From Moniliella sp. 'wahieum' (Eukaryota), in contig RSEE01000002.1 in NCBI GenBank assembly GCA_003971905.1, positions 1,178,001 through 1,242,000 of the forward strand: 64,000 nucleotides of DNA. Reading direction: 5' to 3'. Numbering within the stretch: the first letter of the stretch is position 1; every line of letters starts with the position of its first letter. This document shows, piece by piece, positions 50,666-63,436 of this stretch. A model generated the notes under the pieces. The model did no database searches, had not been told where the DNA came from, and saw nothing but the letters and a program-made list of their open reading frames with translations. The position numbers and the translations under genes were made by a program.

Positions 50666-52256
50666 ATGCTCCGCTGGGCCGCTGGGCGCTGCTGCTCCTC
50701 CACCGCTTGGCCGCTGTGCGATGCTGCTGGCCTGCTGCTCCCGGTGCTCGCGCTGCGCTGCGCCTCGCCGCGCCGATGCCGCCCACGCCCACGCCCACGA
50801 CGCTAGCCTACGCCCGCCACCTCGCCACCCAGGTCGGGCTCCCCCCCGTCACCACCCACGGCGGCCTGCGCGACCAGGACCGCATCTACACCAACCTCTA
50901 TCTCCAGCACTCGTACCACCTCAATGGCAAGGGCGGTGCGCTGGCCCGCGGCGACTGGCCCGCACCAAGGACATTGTGTCAAGGGCCACGAGTGGATCAT
51001 GACCAGATGAAAAAGTCGGGCATGCGCGGCCGCGGCGGCGCGGGCTTCCCCTCGGGGCTCAAGTGGAGCTTTATGAACAAGCGGTGGGAGAAGGACCCGC
51101 GTCCGCGTTACCTTGGATCACAATGCCGACGAAGGCGAGCCGGGCGTGCAAGGACCGTGAGATTATGCGCGGCGACCCGCACAAGCTCGTCGAGGGGTGT
51201 CTGATTGCCGGACGCGCCATGAACGCCAACGCGGCCTACATTTACATTCGCGGTGAATTCCATGTCGAGGCGGCGCACATGCAGGAGGCCATCAACGAGG
51301 CGTATGCCGCCGGCCTAATTGGCAAGAACGCGTGCGGGACCGGATACGACTTTGACGTGTATGTCCACAAGGGCGCCGGCGCGTACATTTGCGGCGAGGA
51401 GACGGCCCTGATCGAGTCGCTCGAGGGCAAGCAGGGCAAACCGCGTTTGAAGCCTCCGTTCCCGGCAGATGTGGGCTGTTTGGATGCCCGACAACGGTGA
51501 CCAACGTAGAGACCGTCGCTTCCTCCCCTACCATTCTCCGTCGTGGGCCCGAATGGTTTGCTTCCTTTGGCCGCGAGCGCAACAGCGGTGTCAAGCTCTT
51601 TGCCATCAGTGGCCACGTCAACACGCCCTGCGTCGTGGAGGAAGAATGAGCATCCCGCTCAAGGACCTGATCGAGAAGCACTGCGGTGGCGTGCGGGGCG
51701 GGTGGGACAACCTGCTGGGCATTGTGCCTGGCGGGTCGTCGGTTCCGGTGCTTCCCAAGAACCGGTGCGAGGAGGTGTTGATGGACTTTGATTCGCTCCG
51801 GGATGCCCAGTCGGCGTTGGGCACGGGTGCGGTGATCGTCATGAACAAGCAGACGGACATTATCAAGGCCATCGCCCGCTTCTCCAAGTTCTACAAGCAC
51901 GAGTCGTGTGGCCAATGCACGCCCTGCCGCGAGGGCACCACTTGGATCAACAACATGATGGAGCGCTTTGCCGAGGGCCGTGGCACGTGGCGCGAGATTG
52001 ACCTGATTGAAGACATTACCAAGCAGATGGAGGCCACACGATCTGCGCCTTGGCCGATGCTGCTGCCTGGCCCGTGCAGGGTCTGATTCGCCACTTCCGT
52101 GACCGTGTGGAGCAACGCATGGTCGACTATGAGCAAGCCCATGGCAAGGTCCTCTATGGCGGTCACCTGCTGAGTGAACAGGACCCCACCCTGGCCCTGC
52201 CGGGCAACCTGTCGCAGCCCAAGCCTTCGACCCCTGTCCCGCCCGCGGCGAGGTAA
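50666..52256 (+). CDS. NDUFV1: NADH:ubiquinone oxidoreductase 51-kDa flavoprotein subunit (start approximate)
   Basis: [102 protein letters not shown] and [15 protein letters not shown]. Confidence 0.97.
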
Positions 52257-52356
52257 ATCGGACGACCGACCCCCCTGTTTGGCAGAACCCATGCATCTTT
52301 TGGTCCATCCCCATCTTGCTTCTTTCCGCATACCCATAGACCTACACATTCATCAT

Positions 52357-52392
52357 GCTCAGGCTCAGGCTCAGGCTCAGGCTCCGGCTCAG
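52357..52392. repeat. (GCTCAG)n hexamer repeat between the convergent NDUFV1 and MetAP 3' ends
   Basis: gctcaggctcaggctcaggctcaggctccggctcag. Confidence 0.85.
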
Positions 52393-53440
52393 TGTCTCCT
52401 TTCCTTTAGCCAGGCTTGGCGTCGCGCCGTGGTGTCGTACGTCTGGACGCCGCCTTGGGCCGTAAGGACCTCCACCCCCACCTCGGTGATCAGCAGCGTC
52501 TCTTCTGCCGCCGCCGACGGCTGGCCCGAAGCCGAAGCGACCGTCCAGCCATCGGGCCAGACGACCACCTTGGCCTGCTCGCCCCATACCAACATGGGTT
52601 CAATGGTAAAGATGTGTCCGGGCTGCATGATGCCGCGCGAGTGATTGGGTGGTGGTGGTAGACCCGCGGTGGGCCATGGAACTGGTCTTTCCCGATCCCA
52701 TGGCCCGTGTACGCCCGTACCACCGCACACCCATTCGCGCGCGCGTGCGGGTGGATCACCTGGCCAATCGCTGCATAGGGGATGCCGGGCCCGCAGAGGG
52801 CAATGGCCAGGTCGAGACACTCGCGTGCGGTGCGGATCAGGTGAGCACGGTCGCGCGAAACGGGCCCGACAGGATAGGTCATATTCACATCGCCATGGTA
52901 GCCTTGGTGGTACAGCGTCACATCCACATTGATCACATCCCCCGGCCGGAGCGCATACTGGTCCGGAATGCCGTGGCACACTACCTCGTTGACCGACGTG
53001 CACACGCTCTGGGGGAACCCATGGTAGCCCAAGGGCGAGGGATAGCATCCCCTCTCGGTCGCCATGGTAAAGCAAGCGCGATCCAGCTCAGCCAGGGTGG
53101 TGCCGACGGCGATGAGGGAGCCAAGCTGGTCCAGCACCTCCCTCGCCAGCGCACACGCCCGGCGCATCCCCTCTACATCTGTGCCGCTGTGCTGGCGGAT
53201 TCGAAAGGGGAACTGGGGTAGGAGACAAGCGTTGGCCAGTTAGCATCCGCCGGGACCAGGGCAGATGGGAAGGCACGCGTACGGCCTCGTGGAGGTACTC
53301 CCAGCCGTACTTGGGCTGCGCAATCGAGGGCGAGGGGGCGGCAGAGGCACAAGGGGGTACACGGCCCGGTGGGGACCAGTGTACTTGTACTTGGGGAATG
53401 GGTCGTAGGTGCTCTGCGAGCGGCTGGTTGCCTCGCCCAT
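52389..53440 (-). CDS. MAP1: Methionine aminopeptidase type 1
   Basis: YDPFPKYKYTG, MRRACALAREVL, YPSPLGYHGFPQSVCTSVNEVVCHGIPD, DVINVDVTLY..GYHGD, YTGHGIG, FTIEPML, WPDGWT and EETLLITE. Start approximate. Confidence 0.92.
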
Positions 53441-55494
53441 TTGGTAGAACCCAACCGAGCCTCTCTGCCCGTGGGCACGCCGGCCCAAGCTACTTGCTTT
53501 ATGAGTCGCGGAGTGGTGCCAACCCTAGCACGCCCGCCCTATCCTCGACTCCCCTACGCTGCGACGCATCACATCCCAAATCCATCACGCCCAAGAGCGT
53601 GGGCCTGTATCGTGTGGGTTACTGTGCTCACCTGCCTCCCAGCCCAAGACGAGTCTGACTGGCCCCAATGTCCAGTGCCGTGCCTTTTTTCCCTCCTGAT
53701 TACCCCGGACTGGATGGCCCATCATCACCACTCCCCCTCGGGTACGGAGGACGCACCAAAAGCCCCGCTCTCGGTCTCCATTAGAGGGTACTGTTGAGTG
53801 CCTGATGCTCGCAGGGGCATCTCAACTGCGCGCTCTCCGTTGCCGGTACGCATCCCCCACACCAGCGCGGAATTCGGGGACGGTCCTGTCCATATGTACA
53901 AGTCAAGAGAGTGCTAGGGAAGGCATGCAGGGCATGGGCCAAACGCCACAGCGCCGTCCGAGGAACTATCCCAGTAACCACTAAGCCACCAGGTAAGGGC
54001 GAAGGGGGCGGGCCTGACAGACTAGCAGTCAGCCTGATCCCGAGTTGGGTTGTGAGGGTGGAAAGGAGAAGAAGGCAACGCAGCAAGCAGCCCCCAATGC
54101 CCCCCTTCCTACATGGTAGTCGTATCGTTTTCAGAGCTTAAGGCTAGGATGAAGACAGTTGCGCTTAAACTGATCTGCTCATCCGTCACGTATGGTCAAT
54201 ACTTGCTGGCGCCAAAACCATGTATAGGAAACCAGGGGAGCCGGCAGAAGGTCAAAAGACCCTCTGGCGCCGCTTCCCTTCCAAATCAGATGAGCGCACT
54301 TGGATACGAAGGAGCATGGCAGACATCGGGGCTCTGAACCATCTTCATTGAGGCTCATCAGTTAATCCTTTCTAGGGCTCAAACACCTTGCTCACCGTCT
54401 TGGTGGCGTCATAGTGTATATCCTCGCTTTTCGTCATTATAAGATGGGGAAGAAAGGTTCTTGGATGCATGGGTGGTACTTGGTGTTCTTGTCGCCTTCT
54501 GTCGCTTGTTCCAATACTTGAAGCACAGCTCCTTCTCCAGGCGTTCCAATGGCGTTGCCACCCTCCGGGACGCAGACGTCGTCTCCCGCCGTGTTCCCAG
54601 GAGTCCCACAATATGGTCCACCTGCAATCGTGATGCTCGGATGCTCCAGGTTTCAGTACCCGCGGGCGTCAGTACGCATCTCCTTCCTCCCCGCGCCTCG
54701 CCTCGTCCTCCTCCACGGTCGGCTGTTTGTGGGTATGTCCGTATCGGGGGATGGAGCGCACGAGCTGTATAGAGAATCGGCTCCTGCACCGCATCGTGCA
54801 ATGCACCAGACTTAGACCCTGCGTGCAGGTGCTATAAGCCCAGACGTGCTCAGGCGGAGCGTGGCACCACAATTGTACATGCTGCGCGTAGAACGGCACA
54901 GGGTACGCAGCTAGAGACCAATCTGAACAACCTGTTTGTCACGGTGAGCTCGAGGGACTTGGTTGCTGCAGTGGGATGGAGGAAAGCCACACGTGTTGGC
55001 ACTAGTTGAATTGCTACTCCACCACATTGCGTCTGTCGGCGACGTTGAGCTTCTTGAGCAGTTTCCTACCGACTCTTCTCTCACATCTCCCGACAGCGCG
55101 TGCGCTGCGCCGTAACTGCGTTTTTGTTATGCGTGCATCCAAGGGGGCAACAAGAGGGGTATCAATTGATCGTCGTTATTGATCTCTGCATGGTGGGTAT
55201 GTGTTCCAACAATGTGGATGGGCCCAGTGGGGGGGGGCAAGAACCCTCTTTGTCCTTGCGAAGGCACTTTGGTCCGGCCATTTGGAGGCTGGGGCTGTAG
55301 GGCACCCCATGGCCCCATCGATCCGACCCAGCCTAGACCCGGTGCGGGGCAAATGCGCAGGCGTGAAATCAAGCCAGAGCCCAACCAAGCGGCTTAGTTG
55401 CTTACGCTCAGCTCCCAAAAGGCGTACACATTTCACCGGCACCCCCCTCCTCCTCCTGCCGCCTCCACTACCACACCCTTGCCCGGCATCGACG

Positions 55495-56492
55495 ATGAGG
55501 CTGCCTTTCCTGTCCAGGCTCCAACGAGGCGTGGAGGAGGAGCAAGTCTCTTACGATATGATGGAGGTGGCCACACCCGACACCCGCGCTGCTCTTGCTC
55601 GCTTGGCTGCCTACACCCCCCCCCCGAGCCTGACGTGGTGGCCCAGATTCCCGCCTACCGCCGCGCCGCGGTGCTGGTCGGCCTCTTTGTCGGCAGGAGA
55701 GGCTCGCTGCATGTGATTCTCAGCCAGCGCTCTAGCTCGCTCCGGTCGCATGCTGGCGACACGGCTCTGCCCGGAGGGCGGTGCGAGTTGCTGGATCGCA
55801 CGCTGGAAGAGACAGCGCGGAGAGAGGCGTACGAGGAGTGTGGGTTGCCGATGGACCCGGAGCGGGTGAAGAAACTGTGCACCATGCCTCCTTTTCTCAG
55901 TGCCAACGAGCTGCTCGTCACGCCCGTTGTCTTTCTCATCACCGACACGAGCATCCAGCCCAAGCTCAATCCCAAGGAGGTAGAACAAATTTTTAGCCTG
56001 CCTCTGGAGGCCTTTCTCTTTCACAACCCTCCCGCGCACGTGCGCGACGCGATCCACTTGCCCCGCGCGCCTCTCCACCCCAGCCCATCCACTGCCTCTC
56101 CCCCGTCCGACTGGCACTCGTGCCGCGACGCGCAGTGGCTTGGCCTGCTCGTCCGAAGACACTACTTTATGGACACGCGCAACCCCGTCATGGGCCTGAC
56201 CAGTGACATTCTCATCCACGCCGCCATGCTGGCTTACGACGCTGTGCCACGCGACGCGCTCACCTTGCCCAATGGCGCCCCCAATCCCTCCCCCCCCCAC
56301 GGCCAGAGGATACTCGACTTTACCCTTCGAGCGCCGGGCCAACCTAGCTCCAATGACCAACTCATCACCCTCGCCTTTTCCAGCCCGCGCCGCGCCAAGC
56401 GCAAACGCGTCCGACCCCGCTTTGCCCTCTTGCCCTTACCCCCCTTGCCCCAGCCCCGAGACGAGCAGGAACACCTCGGGCCCGACGACGAA

Positions 56493-56532
<40 letters not shown>

Positions 56533-56669
56533 AAGACCACGATGGTCCCCCGGACAATCGACCACTGACCGGCTCGGCCACCCTCAACTCATTCCTCCAC
56601 GGCATGACCCAACCTTGGCCGCCAACGCCGTCAGATGCGCTGGCGTCACCGCCACCGAGCAAATTGTAA
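55495..56669 (+). CDS. PCD1: Nudix CoA diphosphatase (NUDT7/Pcd1-like)
   Basis: RRAAVLVGL, VILSQRSSSLRSHAGDTALPGG (CoA-Nudix signature), Nudix box ETARREAYEECGL, LNPKEVEQIFSLPL, GLTSDIL, a (DP)n repeat and a C-terminal SKL (PTS1). Confidence 0.92.
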
Positions 56670-56973
56670 GCGTAGGAAATACGCTGGCCCGCGCAGCCCC
56701 ATCATTATTACGTTACGAGCAATCCTGTGTGCCCGCTATGACCCGACTCTCGTACCACCTACTAGTAGCCATCCCATCCAGACAACAAAAACAAATAGCG
56801 CTAGCGCAGCATGAGAAATCATGGATTGCAAGCATTTTGAAAGGCAATGAAAAGCTCCCCTCATAGTCTACCCCCCCGGGCAAGCCCAAGGGGACGACTA
56901 CTGGGTGTAGCGTGCGACAGCCGTACGTCATTTTTCATGCCAACAGGGAAAAAGGAAAAGAAAGGCGAGCTGC

Positions 56974-57622
56974 TTAGTACACGGAAGGGGTGGCCCATGG
57001 TCGACTTGACGTTGAGCGACTTGACGTTCTGCCAGTTCTTCTTGAGCAGCGAGATGAGGAAGTTGATGGCAAGCATCACGTTGGCCAGCAGCTCCTCGTC
57101 CGACATCTGCACGTGACCAATGGCCACACCGAGGCAGAGCACCTTCTTGAGCTGGAACTTGATCGTCGACTTGACCTCAATCGACTTCTTCTCCAGGTCG
57201 TCGGCGTGCGAGACGGGCGTGGGGAACTTGCCCGCCTTGGAAAGACCGGGGCCCAGCAGACGGGGGATCTGCTTGATGAGCGCCTCCGAGGCCAGGAACG
57301 CATCAAACTTCTTGGCCAGCTTCTTGACCAGCTTCTTGTTCTTGTTGAGCTTCTTGAGGTCCTCCACCGTCATAAAGTCAAGCCCAATCAGCTTGGCCTG
57401 GTCCACGTGCGCAGCATCCGCAAGAATGCACACCGTCATGCGCGGGCGCGGCACATGGGGCAGCTTGATCGTGCCGCTGAAACGCTTGTCACGCTGCGGG
57501 TCGTAGTTCTTGAGGCCAATCTGCAGCTCCACCGTCTCGTTGAAGTTACGGTGCTTCTCCTCGCTGGCCTTCAGCAGCTCCTGCAGCGAGGCGCGGACGG
57601 ACGAGACCTGGATCTTGGACAT
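56974..57622 (-). CDS. RPL1: 60S ribosomal protein uL1 (L10A), intronless
   Basis: [68 protein letters not shown] and [17 protein letters not shown]. The true stop is probably TAA at 56974-56976 after an indel. Confidence 0.97.
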
Positions 57623-58219
57623 CTTGGCAGTCGCACGCTTGGCAAGATGGCGGTGGAGAGAAAAAAAAGTATCCACGGCGGCTGTTCCTACGCTTTTGGC
57701 GGGTTGCGGGGGCGGGCCATCCTGACGAAAGCTGCGGCGCCCGCAATAAAATTGCACCATTAGGGTTGCCTGCCAGGGTTGCCCGGTGCTGATTTGCAAT
57801 TTTACCTGCCAAGCCCTCCACTCAGCTCAGGCGGCGCATGAGCATCACACGTCACGCGTCACGGTGACGAGTCGGCGACTGCAATCGCTGATCACATTGA
57901 ATACCGTTGGAGCGGCCGCTAACACTCACTGAGCGAGCGCAGCAGCCACTTGGCACTACGCAAAAGGCAAGAACAACTGGCATGTCCCCTGGCAAACCTC
58001 AGCTCAGCGCCCTCATTTTTCCAGCGCGCCAGGTAGACTGTCGGCTACCAGGTTGCCCCTCTGACGCTATGCACAATGATCTGAGTGCGTCTCAATCATG
58101 CCATCTCGTACATCCACCTTCTGCTGCCTCCGAAGTCCAGCAGCACCCAGCTCGGCCTTCCCCAGGCAGATGCTGCTGGCCGGGGGCGCGGACGGAGGAG
58201 GAATGCAGCGTATTACGCG

Positions 58220-58871
58220 TTACGGTTGCTTGCTGTGCACCGTTTCGGTAGGCGGGATGAGTTCCCGGGCGGCGGCATGGTACCCACAGCCCGAGCAGAT
58301 GCGAAGCTGGGGCTCCTCGTTCCATTGGGTAATGTGCGGCTTGAGTTGGGTGCCCAAGTCGGTGCAGTAGAAGCTGGCCTTGCGGATCAACGTGGGTTCC
58401 GCGTGCGCTTTCGTGTTGGGGCAGTACCACACGCAGCTCATCTGGGTTCATGGGGTTAGCCTTGGGCGGCTCGGGCGCTGGACCATCCAAGGGAGGTAGG
58501 GGGGAGGGGGGGGTTAGGCACGCACCGTTCTGTCCCTCGGGACGGGTGCGCTCGACGACGAGGCCAACGGTGTTTTCGAAGCGGATGGGCGAGTGGGCCG
58601 TGTTGGCCGGAAGCATAAACATCTCCCCTTCCTTAATTGGCACATCTTTGAACTTGCCATCCTCAATGATCTTGAGCAGCATGTCGCCCTGGACCTGGTA
58701 AAAGAACTCCTCGGTGGGCTGGAAGTGGTAGTCGCTGCGCTGGTTCGGCCCGCCAACGACCATGACCGTGTAGTCCTGCGAGCGGAAGAGGCAAAAGTTG
58801 CCCACCGGAGGCGCCAGACGCTCCTTGTTCTCCTCCACCCAGCGGGGGAAGTTGAGTGGCGGAATGACCAT
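58220..58871 (-). CDS. BNA1: 3-hydroxyanthranilate 3,4-dioxygenase, intron 58442-58525
   Basis: PPLNFPRWVEENKERLAPPVGN, VMVVGGPNQRSDYH..TEEFFYQ, EGEMFMLPANTAHSPIR, WYCPN, FYCTDLGTQLK and RICSGCG. Confidence 0.96.
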
Positions 58872-59669
58872 GGGTGCAGGTGAGGGCGAAGGGGGAGGTG
58901 GTACGGGGACAAGAAGGACGAGCGGCGACAAAGGACGACAGGCCCGGGGTTTATTTATGCTTGCCCGCTGATGTCGTCTCATCTTCGGCGGCCTGCGCAA
59001 GCAGCTCATATTGACCGCCCCGACATGCGACAGGCGCCTCTCGGATTCGGCCTTGGCTGGCGCCTACGCCGACCAGCGAGGTCACGTGTTTTTTGGTCTA
59101 CCAGTGCAACATGTAATCTCCGGTATGGGCAATCGGACGCGCTCTTCTTGCCGCTACAAGCAAGAAGCACGTGCGCTCGGACCACTTGTCGGATTTCGTG
59201 GAACGCTGCAGAAAAAGAAAGTCTCTTCGTCTTCGGCAACTGGTACCCAATGGACCAGACATCCGACTGCGTTGGCGCGCAGCCGCCCTTCCGCCTCCCC
59301 CAATAACGCCTCGTCTGGTGGCCACCAGACCAGGACGCAAAACAGCTGCATCGCGGCCCATATGGCGTGCATCGATACTTGGTTAGAGCGAAAGGAACTA
59401 CAATGCAGAGATTACGAGAACAGGGGTGTGTGTAAGCCGTTGAAGCAATGCAATGATGATGGGAAGGGGGAATCATGGTCCGGGGTGAACCGACATGTTG
59501 TTGTACACGCGTATCGAGATACATGGAAGTCGTTGAGACGAACAAGGGAAAGGACAGAAGTTACGAGGTGGGTGTCAGAGGTCGCAGAGGGGGGTGAGGG
59601 GGAGCGAGCAACGACAGGCAAGACCCGCTTGGAGTTGAACCAAGGGTGTGCAGGGTCGTGGGAAAAAAA

Positions 59670-60921
59670 TTAAAGCGTGAGCTTCTTGGGCTGCTCCCAG
59701 GTGAACTCGGGGCGGCCAAAGTGGCCATAAGAGGCAGTGGAGCGGTAAATGGGCTTTTGGAGCTCGAGGTGGTGCACAATCACACCCGGCTTGAGGGTTA
59801 AAGTTCTTGCGCACAATGTCCACCAGCTCGGCATCCGTCTTGGTCGAGGTGCGTACGACTCGACCAAGCCGACAGCGGTTCGGCCACACCAATCGCGTAC
59901 GAAAGCTGCACCAACGCCCGGCGGGCCAGACCGGCAGCAACGAGCGACTTGGCCACCCAACGCGCCGTGTAGGGCCGAGCGGTCCACCTTGGAAAAGTCC
60001 TTGCCCGAAAACGCACCACCACCGTGCGCGCCCCAGCCTCCGTACGTGTCGACAATGATCTTGCGGCCCGTCAGACCCGCATCGCCCTGAGGGCCGCCAA
60101 TCAAAGCGGCCGGAAGGCTGGATGTGGTAGATGGTGTGCTCGTCAATCAGGTTGGCAGGAATGACCTCCTTGATGATCTTCTCGAGAATCTCGGCGCGCA
60201 GGTGCTCCGTCGTAACCTCGTCCGAGTGCTGGGTCGAGACGACAACCGTGTCCACACGAACGGGCACCACCGCACCGCCATCCTTCTTGTACTGGACCGT
60301 GACCTGGGTCTTGGTGTCGGGACGCAGCCAGGGGAGCGCACCCGTCTTGCGTGCGACCGTCAGCGCACGGTTCAGCTTGTGGGCAAGGGTAAGCGTGAGC
60401 GGCATGAGCTCGGGCGTCTCATCCGTAGCATAGCCAAACATGATGCCCTGGTCGCCGGCACCATGGTCTTCCAACGAACCATGGTCCAGGCCCTGGGCAA
60501 TGTCCGGGCTCTGCTGCTCAATGGCAACCAGAACATTGCACGTCTTGTAGTCAAAGCCCTTGGCGCTGTCGTCGTACCCAATCTCCTTGATCGTGTCGCG
60601 AATGACCTTTTGGTAGTCAATCACCGCCTTGGTCGTGATCTCACCAAAGACCATCACCATGCCCGTCTTGGTCGCCGTCTCGCAAGCAACCTTCGAGTTG
60701 GGGTCCTGGGCGAGGCACGCGTCGAGGATGGCATCGGACACTTGGTCACAGATCTTGTCGGGGTGGCCCTCGCCGACCGACTCGCTAAGCGCAAGAAGGA
60801 ATGGGTTAGGCACGAGGAGAGGAGCGAGCCGGGGCCAGCGCGGGGAGGAAGCGTACGACGTGAAGAGGAAGTGCCCCTCGGGCAGCTTGTGGTTGTGGAA
60901 CGAAACACCGTTGGCAGCCAT
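59670..60921 (-). CDS. SAM2: S-adenosylmethionine synthetase, intron 60785-60856
   Basis: [83 protein letters not shown] and YGHFG..EFTWE. Confidence 0.98.
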
Positions 60922-62762
60922 GGCGCGGGCAGGCGGATGGGCGGGGGGGCGGGAGAGAAGGAGAGAGGGACGGGGGGGGAAGGAAGAGGAGAGAGGCGGT
61001 GAGAAGAAACGTGGGGGGGCTTTTAAAAGCGCCAATTTTTTTCGATTGGATCGCTGGCCACGTGCGGGCAGCTGCTGTGGTTTTTTGCTGCTGGGTGCCG
61101 GCCAGCCAAGCATCTATCCATCCCATCCCGGCCTCGCGCGCGCTCCCGCCACTGCCCCGGCCGCACCACGCCGCACCACGCCGCACCACGCCAGAGCTGC
61201 AACTTTCACCCTTCCGCCCGCCCCGCCGTCCGCCACTGGCCCTGTGCCCGGGGGCGCCCAACCGGCCCATTCCGCCCCTCTGCCCCCGACATCTCCGCGG
61301 CAACTTTCAATGGGAGGGCGCGGCGTTGCACCCGAGCAGGGCCGTGCCGTGCTTTCGGCCTAGGCGCCATGTGCGTCCAAATGGCGTGCTTGGGCATGCC
61401 CAGCAACCAGCAACCCTACCGCAAGCACGCGGGCAACGCGTGAATATTGAATGCCTGCCCGCCCCCCTTATCGGATGCACAGCCTACCCACCTGCCTACC
61501 CGCACCCCACACCCTTGCGGGCCTGCAGATTCAATGTTCAACGTGAACGTTCAACTCGGGCGTCAAATGTTCAAACGCACCCAGCGCAGCGCCGCTGTCT
61601 CCAACGAGGGGGGATGCAGGGTGGTTGGGTTGGCCGCCACAGCCGCCGGCCGCTCTGGCGGAGCAACGGGTGAAATGGACCAGCCCTCGACCAATCATTA
61701 ATCAGCGATCGATGAGCTCCAGTTTTGCCCTCGCAAGCTCAGAGCGGTCAGGTGACCGCCACCGCTCCGCCCCTTCCGCCTCGGCTGACCTGGTCACCCA
61801 GTCACGGCCAGCGCTCAGGCAGAGCCTGGCTGCGTCGGGATGTGGACGGTGTGGATGTCGCTGATGGATGACGCAGGCGGCGGGGGTGGGATGGGCGTGC
61901 GGGCGGGTGGGCACGCTGCGAGCGCAGCGCTCCGGGCAGCTCCCTGCGCCCGTTCCCAACAGCCCACACTGCCCCTGCCCAGCCCCAGCGCGTCAGTACT
62001 CAGTCGGAGCTCAGGCTCTCAGGCACGTGGCCGCGTCTGCGCACTGTGGCGCCCCGCCGGCCCCAGCCGTGCAGCGGAGCGGCGTGGAGCCACACTGGCG
62101 CCGTGCGGCTGCAGCTGCCCTCGGCTGCTCCCCACATTCAGGCTGGCAGGCTGCACGCTGCAAGCTCCAGATCGCAGAGCTTCAGGCTTCGCCCGGAGCC
62201 GGGCAAGCACTGGCGCAGCGCAGTGGCTAGTGGCTAGTGGTTCTGGCCAAGCGAGCGCGGCGCTGCCGGCAGACGGCGCTGGGCCACATTGTGCCCGCTC
62301 CCACGTCACACACCGCGCGGTGCCTGCGCGGTGCCTGCCAGGGCGCACCGCTGCGTGCCGGTCCGCTGCCGCGCCTCGGCACACGCGGGCACGGCGCCAG
62401 TGCAGCCAGGGGGCGGTGACATGTGGCAAGGCGCATGGCATGTGGCATGTGGCACGTGTGATGCAGGCGAGCAGTGTGATGCGTGACGGCCGCCTGACAG
62501 CGCGGCCTCCCCCGGTGAGCCAGTCCCAGTCGTGGCGTCGCGGCGACCGGCGGCTGCTCTGATCGGGATCGCTCAGCCGCTCCTCCCTTGGCGCCAGCGC
62601 CGCCAGGAGACCCCCGCCCGCGTTGGTGCGCGCCAGGCTGCCCAATTGAAACCAAGCCTGCCCGCCTCTCCCCGCTGCCCTTCCGTCTCCCTCGGCCGAC
62701 CCACCACCCGCGTCCTCCGCCCAACCCCCAACCCCCTGCCGCCGCCCGGCGTGAGATTGCAC

Positions 62763-63436
62763 ATGTCCGGCTACCACGCGTACGCGCTGCCCCCCCACTA
62801 TCGCCGCCCCCCGCGCCCGCCGTCGGCCTCGCCACGCCCCACCTGGACGACTGTCTGCTGACCGACCCGCGCCTCGGCCCCTCCCTCCTCTCCTCCCAGC
62901 CCACCTACCGCTCTCTCCCCCCCTGGAGCTCCTCGCCCCCCTCGACCCCAACACCGCCTTTGCCCCCACCTCTGCCCTCGTGCCCCCTCCCCCACCCCAC
63001 CCGGACTGGGCCGCGTCGCCCCCCCCCCAGGCTCGACCTGCCGCGCCCGCGGAGCACATGCCCCCCTCTTCCACATCCCCTCCACCCATGCGCCGCCTGT
63101 CCCGGACGCGCCCCTGTTCGCCTCGCTCGCGCCCGATGTCGTTCCCGCCCCCGCGCCAGGTCCGCTCGCCCACCCGCCCGTCAAGCGAACGCGCACACCC
63201 AAAAGCGCTTGAACAATCCGGCCAAGCAGGACGAGTCTCCACCGCGGCGCAAGCGGCCTTGGTCCCCGTACAATGTGTACATGTCCAAGGCGGTCGCCTT
63301 GGTGCGCGCCCGCCGCGAAGGCATGACCCACAAAGAAGCGTTTGGCATCGCCGCCCATGAATGGCATTTCCACCCGACCAACCCCAAGAAGAAAGCCGAC
63401 GCAGAGGAGACGCCAGCGGCCAACACGTCTGCCTAG
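62763..63436 (+). CDS. Pro-rich protein with a C-terminal YABBY-type HMG-box-like domain
   Basis: RKRPWSPYNVYMSKAVALVRARREGMTHKEAFGIAAHEWHFHPTNPKK resembles the YABBY motif (PSAYNRFIKEEI..IK...PDISHREAFS.AA.NW). The N-terminus is frameshifted. Confidence 0.75.

Noticed and set aside
54300..55100. Possible decayed DNA-transposase fragment on the minus strand (…LERLEKELCFKYWNKRQ…)
   Set aside because: The resemblance is too vague, and no DDE motif or terminal inverted repeats were identified.
38863..60921. Apparent cofactor-metabolism cluster (RIB5, PCD1, BNA1, SAM2, NDUFV1, QCR7)
   Set aside because: These belong to unrelated pathways and are interspersed with PAT1, profilin, RPL1 and MAP1, which fits an ordinary housekeeping neighbourhood.
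56990..61002. Long plus-strand ORFs (56990-57763, 60124-61002) antisense to RPL1 and SAM2
   Set aside because: These are typical shadow ORFs caused by strong GC3 codon bias on the opposite strand.
59300..61100. METTL16-type UACAGAGAA hairpin or other SAM-sensing element at the SAM synthetase gene
   Set aside because: I saw no TACAGAGAA-like motif on the coding strand by eye, and the intron acceptor is CTTAG rather than TACAG.
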